Assembly (NCBI GenBank): GCA_902826025.1
Contig: CADEDH010000002.1
Span: 51,487 to 115,486 of the forward strand
DNA from: an uncultured Actinomycetes bacterium
GTDB lineage: Bacteria; Actinomycetota; Acidimicrobiia; Acidimicrobiales; SZUA-35
Reading direction: 5' to 3'
DNA: 64,000 nucleotides
Both the position numbers and the translations under genes were made by a program. This document shows positions 57,620 through 64,000 of the stretch, in pieces (within the stretch, counting starts at the first letter, position 1; every line of letters begins with the position of its first letter). The notes below the pieces were generated by a model. That model was not told where the DNA came from. It worked only from the letters and a program-made list of their open reading frames with translations, and searched no databases.

Positions 57620-59095
57620 ATGCTGTTCCCGACCGTGACGTTCGCCCTGTTTTTCGTCACCGTCTACGCCGTCCACACTGCGCTCCACGCCAGGGACCGG
57701 GCGTGGAAGGTCGCCATGGTCGTCGCCTCGTACCTGTTCTACGGCTGGTGGGACTGGCGCTTCTGCGGGCTGCTGGCCGGCTCGACGCTGGTCAACTGGG
57801 GATACGCCCGTCTGCTCATCGCCACCCCGGCCCGCCGGGCCCGCCGGGCGCTGGTGGCCACGGCGGTGACGGCCGACCTGGCCGTGCTCGGCGTGTTCAA
57901 GTACTACGGATTCTTCGCCGAGGCCCTGAGCCGCCTGCTGGGGGCCAGCCACACGCTCCCTGGGCTCGACCTGGTACTACCCGTCGGCATCTCGTTCTTC
58001 ACCTTCCAGGCCATCAGCTACGTGGTCGACACCTACCGGGGCGAGGTCGACGACCGCTCGCTGCTCGACTTCACCCTCTACCTGTCGTTCTTTCCCCATC
58101 TCGTGGCCGGGCCCATCGTGCGGGCCTCGGAGTTCCTGCCTCAACTGATCGGGCGGCGCGACCGGGCCGAGATCGACGTGGTGGGGGCGGCGTGGTGGAT
58201 CGGCCGGGGCCTGTTCAAGAAGGTGGTGGTGGCCACCTACCTGGCCCAGTCGGTGGTCGACCCGGTCTTCGCCGCCCCCGCCGCCGCCAGCCGGCTCCAG
58301 CTGGTGGCCGCCCTCTACGGGTACGCCGTGCAGATCTACGCCGACTTCAGCGGCTACACCGACATCGCCATCGGACTGGCCGCCCTGCTCGGGATCCGGT
58401 TCCCGGTCAACTTCGACCGACCCTACGGGGCCCTGTCGGTCCAGGACTTCTGGCGCCGCTGGCACATGACGCTCTCGCGCTGGCTGCGGGACTACCTCTA
58501 CGTGTCGCTGGGCGGCAACCGCCGGGGGCGGTTGGCCACCTACCGCAACCTGCTGCTCACCATGGTGTTGGGCGGCTTGTGGCACGGGGCGGCCTGGACG
58601 TTCGTGCTGTGGGGCACGGTCCACGGCCTGGCCCTGGCGGTGGAGCGCCTGGCGGCCGGGAGCCCTGGAGTCGCCGCGGCCTGGGCCCGGGGCCGGGCCG
58701 CGGTCGGCCGCCGCACCGGTGCCGCGGCGCCGGCCTGGCTGGGGCCCACGGCCCGCTGGCTGCTCACCTTCCACCTCGTGTGCCTGGCCTGGGTGCCCTT
58801 TCGGGCCCAGAGCCTGGGCGAGACCGGCGACTTCCTGGCCGGCCTGGTGCGAGGGCCGGGCGGGGCAACGGCCGCCGGATCTGTCAGCCTGGTAGCGGTG
58901 GGCCTGATCGCGGCCGCAGTTGGAATCCAACTCGTCCCGGCCCGCCAACTCCGCCTCGTCTACCACCACTGGTTCCACCGCCCACTGAGCCGCCTCGACC
59001 CGGCGCTCCAGAGCGCCCTGGTGGGGGTGTGGCTCTCGCTCGTGATCGCCCTCGGCCCCCAGGGCGTCGCCCCATTCATCTACTTCCGTTTCTGA
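57620..59095 (+). CDS. MBOAT family O-acyltransferase (AlgI/PatA/DltB-like)
   Basis: From the ATG at 57620: GISFFTFQAISYVVDTYRG, YADFSGYTDIAIGLA, FWRRWHMTLSRWLRDYLY and GGLWHGAAW. Confidence 0.9.
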   Translation: MLFPTVTFALFFVTVYAVHTALHARDRAWKVAMVVASYLFYGWWDWRFCGLLAGSTLVNWGYARLLIATPARRARRALVATAVTADLAVLGVFKYYGFFAEALSRLLGASHTLPGLDLVLPVGISFFTFQAISYVVDTYRGEVDDRSLLDFTLYLSFFPHLVAGPIVRASEFLPQLIGRRDRAEIDVVGAAWWIGRGLFKKVVVATYLAQSVVDPVFAAPAAASRLQLVAALYGYAVQIYADFSGYTDIAIGLAALLGIRFPVNFDRPYGALSVQDFWRRWHMTLSRWLRDYLYVSLGGNRRGRLATYRNLLLTMVLGGLWHGAAWTFVLWGTVHGLALAVERLAAGSPGVAAAWARGRAAVGRRTGAAAPAWLGPTARWLLTFHLVCLAWVPFRAQSLGETGDFLAGLVRGPGGATAAGSVSLVAVGLIAAAVGIQLVPARQLRLVYHHWFHRPLSRLDPALQSALVGVWLSLVIALGPQGVAPFIYFRF

Positions 59096-59098
59096 GCC

Positions 59099-60538
59099 AT
59101 GTCGTACCGTTTCCGCAATCGGCATCCCCGCCCCGCTCCCCTGCCCCCGCCGCCAGGGCCGGAGGATCGCCCCACCCGCCGCCGGCCCACGCCCCGCACG
59201 GTGCTGTGCCAGCTCCTGGTGTGCCTCACGGTCACGCTCGGCCTGTCGAGCAGCCACCTGGAGGCCACGGCATCGTCCCAGCCGTTCGGCACCCAGCGGT
59301 CGCTGACCCTGGCCGTGGCCCGACCCCTTCACCGCCTGGCTGAGGCCGGTGGCCTCGACTGGCCCGATCAGGCCCTGGCCCGACTCCTGGGCCGCTCCAC
59401 CGACGAACCCCGCCGCTCCCCTGCTCCCGCCCCCACCAGCCCGCAGGAGGCGGCGGCCGGTGCTCCGGAGAATACGCCTGCCGCCGGGAGTCCGGGAGCA
59501 GGCGGCAGCTCCCGGTTCACCGGCGACGGTCCGGCGACGGACCCCGCTCTCGGCGGGACCATGGTCGCTGGCCCGTCCGCCACCACCGGGACCTCGACGG
59601 CCGGGCCCACCCGCTTCGGCCCGCCGCGGCCGGGCGACGCGGCGGCCGGTACCGGCGCGGCCACGAGTACCGCCACCGATCCCGGCACCACTGACCCGAG
59701 CTCGTCGGCGGCACCCGGACCTGTCAGCCCCCCGGCCGGACCGGACGATGCGGCCTCGGCCACCCCGGCGTCGGGCCCGGCGGTGCCTCCGGGCCCGGCG
59801 CCCGGTGCCATTCCGGCTCCGGCCCCCGGGCTCGGCCCGGCCGTGGTCGACCCCGTACCCGAGCCCGCAGCGGCCCGGGTCGTCACCCCCGAGAGCCGGC
59901 TCCGGCTTTGGGCCGGGGGCGACTCGCTGGGCGAGTACGTGGGCAACCAACTCCTGGCCCCCCTGTCGGATCGCCGGCTGACGGCGGTGGATCTCGACTT
60001 CCACATCGGCACCGGCCTCACCCGGCCCGACACCTACGACTGGCCGGCCCGCATCGGCGCGATCATGGCCCGCCCGGAGCCCCCTGAGGCCCTGGTGTTC
60101 ATGGTGGGCGGCAACGACAACCAGCCCATGCGGGCCGGGGACCAGAACCTGGCCGTCGGATCCGGGCCCTGGTTGGCCGAATACCGGGTGCGGGTGGTCG
60201 GCATCATGGAGTCCACCCGACCGCCAGCCGGCCGGACCGGCTCCAGCCACCTGTGGTGGATCGGCCTGCCTCCGATGCGGGACGGCGAGCGCGACGGCCT
60301 GGCCCGTTCGATCGACGCCATCCTGGCCGAGGAGGCGGCGGCCCGGCCCTGGGTCACATTCGTGGATCTCATGCCCCGCTTCAGCGGCCCCGCCGGGGGG
60401 TTCGCCGGCACCATCACCGGCCCCGATGGCAAGGCCAAGGTGGCCCGGGCCCCCGACGGCATCCACATCACCTACGCCGGCTCCACCTGGATCGCCGAAG
60501 ACCTGTGGGCCGATGTCACCGCCCGGTGGGCGCTCTGA
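59099..60538 (+). CDS. Membrane-anchored SGNH/GDSL hydrolase-acyltransferase (AlgX/PatB-like partner) with a long Pro/Ala-rich linker
   Basis: N-terminal anchor VLCQLLVCLTVTLGL, then ~180 aa of P/A/G/T-rich linker. SGNH blocks follow: LWAGGDSLGEY (I), VFMVGGNDN (III) and PDGIHIT (V). Confidence 0.75.
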   Translation: MSYRFRNRHPRPAPLPPPPGPEDRPTRRRPTPRTVLCQLLVCLTVTLGLSSSHLEATASSQPFGTQRSLTLAVARPLHRLAEAGGLDWPDQALARLLGRSTDEPRRSPAPAPTSPQEAAAGAPENTPAAGSPGAGGSSRFTGDGPATDPALGGTMVAGPSATTGTSTAGPTRFGPPRPGDAAAGTGAATSTATDPGTTDPSSSAAPGPVSPPAGPDDAASATPASGPAVPPGPAPGAIPAPAPGLGPAVVDPVPEPAAARVVTPESRLRLWAGGDSLGEYVGNQLLAPLSDRRLTAVDLDFHIGTGLTRPDTYDWPARIGAIMARPEPPEALVFMVGGNDNQPMRAGDQNLAVGSGPWLAEYRVRVVGIMESTRPPAGRTGSSHLWWIGLPPMRDGERDGLARSIDAILAEEAAARPWVTFVDLMPRFSGPAGGFAGTITGPDGKAKVARAPDGIHITYAGSTWIAEDLWADVTARWAL

Positions 60539-60583
60539 ATTCGGGGGCTGGCGCCCCCGCCGGCCTCCCCCATCCCCGGCGGG

Positions 60584-60652
60584 GCCCCCACCCCACCGGG
60601 ACGCTACGCGTCGAGACTACGGGAGCCCCACCCCACCGGGACGCTACGCGTC
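60584..60652. repeat. Two direct copies of a 27-nt core, 40-nt period, at the convergent SGNH/trpE junction
   Basis: ccccaccccaccgggacgctacgcgtc at 60586-60612 and 60626-60652. The second copy abuts and overlaps the trpE TAG stop (60652-54). Confidence 0.9.
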
Positions 60653-62166
60653 TAGCGCACGGCTGAGGCGCTGCGGGGGCGCATGCGGCGGGCCGGCTCC
60701 ACCGCCGCCAACAGGGCCCGCGCCTTGTTCCAGCACTCCAGGTTCTCCAGCTCGGGCACACTGTCGGCCACCACGCCGGCGCCAGCCTGGACCGAGGCCT
60801 GCCCCTCGGGCCCGCAGAACATGGTGCGGATCGTGATGGCCGTGTCGAGGTTGCCCGAGAAGTCGAGGTAGCCGACCACCCCGGCGTAGGGCCCCCGCTT
60901 CACCGGCTCCAGCTCGTCGATGATCTCCATCGCCCGCACCTTGGGGGCGCCCGACACGGTGCCGGCCGGCATGGTGGCCCGCAGGACGTCGATGACCGAG
61001 CGATCGGGCACCAGGTCGCCCGACACCTGCGAGGTGAGGTGCATGACGTGGGAGTAGCGCTCCAGCGTCATCAGCTCGTCGAGGTGGAGGGTGCCGTAGC
61101 GCACCACCCGGCCGATGTCGTTGCGGGCCAGATCGACCAGCATCACGTGCTCGGCCCGCTCCTTGGGGTCCTCGGTGAGCTCGGAGGCCATCAGCTTGTC
61201 GTGCTCGTCAGTGCGGCCCCGGCGCCGGGTGCCGGCGATGGGCCGGGAGATCACCCGGCCGTCGTTGACCTGCACCAACGGCTCGGGCGAGCAGCCCACC
61301 AGGGTCAGCTCCGGATGGCGGAGGAAGTACATGTAGGGGCTGGGGTTGATCTGGCGCAGCACCCGGTACACGTCGAACGGCTCGGCCTCGAGGTCGAAGT
61401 CGAACCGCTTGGACAGCACCACCTGGAAGATGTCGCCGGCCCGGATGTACTCCTTGGCCGCCTCCACCGCCCGCTGGTACATCTCACCCGAGAGCGATTC
61501 CCGGACGTCGGGCAGGTCGAGATCGGCCGGCGGCTCCATCAGCGGCTCGTCGACCGGACGGGCCCCGTCGGCTGTGAGCTGGTCGAGGCGCCGGATGCCG
61601 TCGTCGTAGGCCAGGTCGATGGTGGCCTCGTCGGCGTCGGCCGGCAGCATGGCGGTGGCCACCAGCGTCACCCGCTGGCGCCAGTGGTCGAACACCGCCA
61701 GCTCGCCGATCACGTCGAGCACGGCGTCGGGGTAGCCGTGGCTGTCGGCCGGCACGTTCGGCAGCCGCTCCACCTCCCGCACCACGTCGTAGCCGAGATA
61801 GCCGACGAGGCCGGCGGTGAGGGGCGGCAGGTCGGGCAGGCGGGGCGAGCGATAGCGCTCCAGCAGGGCCTCCACCGTGGCCAGGATGCCCCGGTCGAGC
61901 GGCAGGTCGGCGTCGGGCAGGGTGCCCCGCAGCTCGACCTGGCGGCCCCGGCACACGAGGGTGGCCGGGGCCCGGCGGCCGATGAAGCTGAACCGGCTCC
62001 AGCGCTCTCCGTTCTCTACCGATTCGAGGGCGAAGCCCGGCTCGTTGCCCACGCAGCGCAGAAAGGCGGCCACCGGTGTGGTCATGTCGGCCAGCAGCTC
62101 CCGGTGGATCGGGACCGCCCGGTACTGGCGGGCCAGCGACCGGAACTCCTCGCGGCTGGTCGTCAT
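60652..62166 (-). CDS. trpE: Anthranilate synthase component I
   Basis: 504 aa. [34 protein letters not shown] and [15 protein letters not shown]...GPYAGVVGY. Confidence 0.95.
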   Translation of the reverse strand: MTTSREEFRSLARQYRAVPIHRELLADMTTPVAAFLRCVGNEPGFALESVENGERWSRFSFIGRRAPATLVCRGRQVELRGTLPDADLPLDRGILATVEALLERYRSPRLPDLPPLTAGLVGYLGYDVVREVERLPNVPADSHGYPDAVLDVIGELAVFDHWRQRVTLVATAMLPADADEATIDLAYDDGIRRLDQLTADGARPVDEPLMEPPADLDLPDVRESLSGEMYQRAVEAAKEYIRAGDIFQVVLSKRFDFDLEAEPFDVYRVLRQINPSPYMYFLRHPELTLVGCSPEPLVQVNDGRVISRPIAGTRRRGRTDEHDKLMASELTEDPKERAEHVMLVDLARNDIGRVVRYGTLHLDELMTLERYSHVMHLTSQVSGDLVPDRSVIDVLRATMPAGTVSGAPKVRAMEIIDELEPVKRGPYAGVVGYLDFSGNLDTAITIRTMFCGPEGQASVQAGAGVVADSVPELENLECWNKARALLAAVEPARRMRPRSASAVR

Positions 62167-62600
62167 CGGGGGGACTCCTCCTGGGTGGGGGGCACGGCGG
62201 GTTCAGGCCCGGGCATGGGTCCGAAGGATCTGAAGAAACAGGAACGGGCGCCGGTGTGACATGCCCCCTGACCCTCCTGGTGGACCCGGAACAGCAGCAC
62301 GTCGCCGTCGCAGTCGTACCAGGCGCTGCGGATCCACTGGCGGTCGCCCGACGTGTCGCCCTTGCGCCACAGCTCCTGGCGGGAACGGGACCAGAACACG
62401 GTGCGGCCCTCGGCCAGGCTGATGGCCAACGACTCGGCCGACATCCAGGCCATCATGAGCACCTCGCCGTTCTCGTCGTCCTGGACGATCGCCGGGACGA
62501 GCCCCTGGTCGTTGTACAGCACGGCCGCCAACTGCTCGGCGGCGGCCTCGATCGGCTGGGCTGCCCCGAAGGGAGGCGGGGGCAGGGGTTCGCTGGCCAC
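62163..62600 (-). CDS. hisI: Phosphoribosyl-AMP cyclohydrolase
   Basis: [25 protein letters not shown]...[20 protein letters not shown]...[11 protein letters not shown]...[12 protein letters not shown]. The stop overlaps the trpE start (ATGA). Confidence 0.92.
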   Translation of the reverse strand: MASEPLPPPPFGAAQPIEAAAEQLAAVLYNDQGLVPAIVQDDENGEVLMMAWMSAESLAISLAEGRTVFWSRSRQELWRKGDTSGDRQWIRSAWYDCDGDVLLFRVHQEGQGACHTGARSCFFRSFGPMPGPEPAVPPTQEESPR

Positions 62601-62617
62601 GGGGATTCCGCCCCGGA

Positions 62618-62926
62618 TCAGAGGTAGAGGCCGGTGTGGGAGTCGTCGAGGCGCTTGGCCGCCACGGCGTGGATGTCACGCTCCCTCAGGATGATGTAGT
62701 CGCGCCCGCCGACCTCGACCTCGTAGCGGTCCTCCGGGTTGAACAGCACCCGGTCCTCGGTCTCCATGGACCGCACGCTGGGCCCGAGCGCCACCACCTG
62801 GGCCCAAGCCAGCCGCTTGCCCACCTGCGCTGTGGCCGGGATCAGAATGCCACCGGAGCTCTTGCGCTCCCCGTCGGGCCCTTCCAGCTTCACCAGGATG
62901 CGGTCGTTCAGCATCTTGATCGGCAT
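62618..62926 (-). CDS. GroES/Cpn10-family paralogue with a C-terminal extension ending GLYL
   Basis: From the ATG at 62926: [49 protein letters not shown]...[46 protein letters not shown]. This has the Cpn10 pattern plus a 13-aa tail. Confidence 0.75.
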   Translation of the reverse strand: MPIKMLNDRILVKLEGPDGERKSSGGILIPATAQVGKRLAWAQVVALGPSVRSMETEDRVLFNPEDRYEVEVGGRDYIILRERDIHAVAAKRLDDSHTGLYL

Positions 62927-63026
62927 CTTCTCGCCGCCGGCCGCCGCCCCTTTCGCCACCGGGGCGCTCAAGGGTTCAGGAGTCGGATCTTCGTCGGCCA
63001 CGGGAGAAACGGTAGCGTCTCCCCCT

Positions 63027-63692
63027 ATGAGCGACGACATGGGCCAAGGGGCGGCGGTGGCGGTGACCCGCCTGGCGGTGTCGACCGCCGACGGACTCGA
63101 CCTCCGGGCGGAGCTGGCGGTGCCCGCCGGGGGCGACACCCCCCGGGCGGCGGTGGCGGTGTGCCATCCCCATCCCCTGCACGGCGGATCGATGTACAAC
63201 AACGTGGTGGAAGCGCTGTTCAGCGGGCTGCCGCCCCGGGGAGCGGCCGTGCTGCGGTTCAACTTCCGGGGCACCAGCGGCTCCGAGGGCCGTCACGACC
63301 ACGGCCGGGGGGAGCGGCTCGACGCAGCCGCGGCGCTCGACGAGCTGGCCCGACGATGGCCCGGGGTCCCGCTGCTCCTGGCCGGTTATTCGTTCGGGGC
63401 CGACGTGTCGCTGGCCGTCGACCATCCAGGGGTTGCGGGCTGGCTGGCCGTGGCCCCCGTGCTGCGGGTGGTCGACCCGACCGAGATGGTGGCGCTGGCC
63501 GACCCCCGGCCGGTCTGGATGGCGTCGGCCACCGACGACCAGTTCCGCCCCTACGACGACCTGGTGCCGATGGTGGCCGATGCCGTCAACACCACCGTCT
63601 CTCCCGTGCCGGGCGCCGACCATTTCTTCATGACCGGCCTCGACCGGGTGGTGGCCGTCGCGGCCGAGGCCCTCGACGCCATCGCCCCCTGA
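63027..63692 (+). CDS. Alpha/beta hydrolase
   Basis: From the ATG at 63027: CHPHPLHGGSMYNNVV, nucleophile elbow LAGYSFGADV, DDQF and GADHFF. Confidence 0.75.
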   Translation: MSDDMGQGAAVAVTRLAVSTADGLDLRAELAVPAGGDTPRAAVAVCHPHPLHGGSMYNNVVEALFSGLPPRGAAVLRFNFRGTSGSEGRHDHGRGERLDAAAALDELARRWPGVPLLLAGYSFGADVSLAVDHPGVAGWLAVAPVLRVVDPTEMVALADPRPVWMASATDDQFRPYDDLVPMVADAVNTTVSPVPGADHFFMTGLDRVVAVAAEALDAIAP

Positions 63693-63711
63693 CCCGCCCT
63701 CCCACCCCCGT

Positions 63712-63771
63712 CCCCGACGTTCTTACGCGTCCAGGTAGCGCTGAGCGCTACCTGGACGCGTAATTTCGGGG
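63712..63771. repeat. Copy C of the palindromic element family (18-bp perfect stem, same apex, same outer clamp)
   Basis: ccccgacgttct-tacgcgtccaggtagcgc-tga-gcgctacctggacgcgta-att-tcgggg, between the convergent hydrolase (stop 63692) and hisF (stop 63774). Confidence 0.85.
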
Positions 63772-63773
63772 GT

Positions 63774-64000
63774 TCAGCTCTCGTCGGGGGGGCGGACGGT
63801 GATGCCGGCGGCGGTCATGGCCCGCTTGGCGTCGGCGATCGTGGCCTCGCCGAAATGGAAGATGCTGGCGGCCAGGACGGCGTCGACCCCGCCCTCGGTC
63901 ACCCCGTCGGCCAGATGGGCCAGGGTGCCGACACCGCCCGAGGCGATCACGGGCAGGTTGACGGCCTCGGCCACGGCCCGGTTCAGCTCGTGGTCGAACC
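63774..64000 (-). CDS. hisF: Imidazole glycerol phosphate synthase cyclase subunit, C-terminal part (gene runs off the right edge)
   Basis: [49 protein letters not shown]. Confidence 0.9.
   Translation of the reverse strand, partial: FDHELNRAVAEAVNLPVIASGGVGTLAHLADGVTEGGVDAVLAASIFHFGEATIADAKRAMTAAGITVRPPDES

Noticed and set aside
55354-59343. 1329-aa ORF on the + strand, the longest in the track
   Set aside because: Arg/Pro/Gly/Ala-rich low-complexity translation with no recognisable motif. It runs antisense through ABM, ygfZ and enoyl-CoA hydratase, and out of frame through MBOAT, all of which have clear family signatures. This is a typical stop-codon-poor artefact of very GC-rich DNA.
57977-60466. 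829-aa ORF on the - strand
   Set aside because: It is antisense to the well-supported MBOAT and SGNH genes. The composition is dominated by G/R/P/A runs and no domains were recognised.
62927-63274. 116-aa upstream extension of the GroES-like ORF
   Set aside because: The extension overlaps the divergent alpha/beta-hydrolase gene and is low-complexity. Cpn10 homology starts at the internal MPIKML. In-frame GTG/TTG codons between 62927 and ~63005 cannot be excluded as alternative starts.

Overview
Very GC-rich, actinobacterial-type chromosomal segment. Gene content and order resemble the pdtaR-polA-rpsA-coaE-uvrB-uvrA, fabD-fabH-acpP-fabF and hisF-hisI-trpE-trpC-trpB-trpA blocks known from Mycobacterium and Streptomyces. 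I cannot assign a genus from sequence alone. About 60 protein genes are supportable, plus one tRNA-Leu(CAA). These include: all three excinuclease genes (uvrC partial, uvrA, uvrB) interleaved with cell-envelope glycan genes; a complete-looking but atypical Tad/Flp pilus module (cpaB-tadZ-tadA-tadB-tadC plus a 499-aa membrane protein) with a separate flp pilin gene downstream of a GAF histidine kinase/LuxR regulator pair; rpsA, polA and a MetE-like methyltransferase; an ANTAR regulator; a type II fatty-acid synthase operon; hup; a truncated haemoglobin next to a SigR/SigH-like sigma factor with a zinc anti-sigma factor; leuA; an ArsR/SRPBCC cluster; and a his/trp biosynthetic block interrupted by an MBOAT+SGNH O-acyltransferase pair. 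I saw no CRISPR array, transposase, integrase, prophage or recognisable defence system. The most unusual items are listed below. (1) The Tad module sits in the coaE-rpsA junction. Its TadB is fused to a secreted vWA-like domain, an extra polytopic membrane protein is the last operon gene, and no prepilin peptidase or pseudopilins are visible. (2) A small family of long palindromic intergenic elements shares a GCGC-TGA-GCGC apex; one copy supplies the last codons and stop codons of both convergent flanking genes. (3) Three 23-bp-phased hairpins lie in the hup leader. (4) There are several unusual domain fusions: FabD with a lysine-less biotinyl-like domain, IMPase with DUF3500, and ArsR with SRPBCC. 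(5) A GroES-like paralogue ends in an HbYX-like tail. Many long ORFs in the supplied track are antisense artefacts of the high GC content and were discarded. All product calls rest on motif recognition by eye; no database search was possible and many start codons are uncertain.
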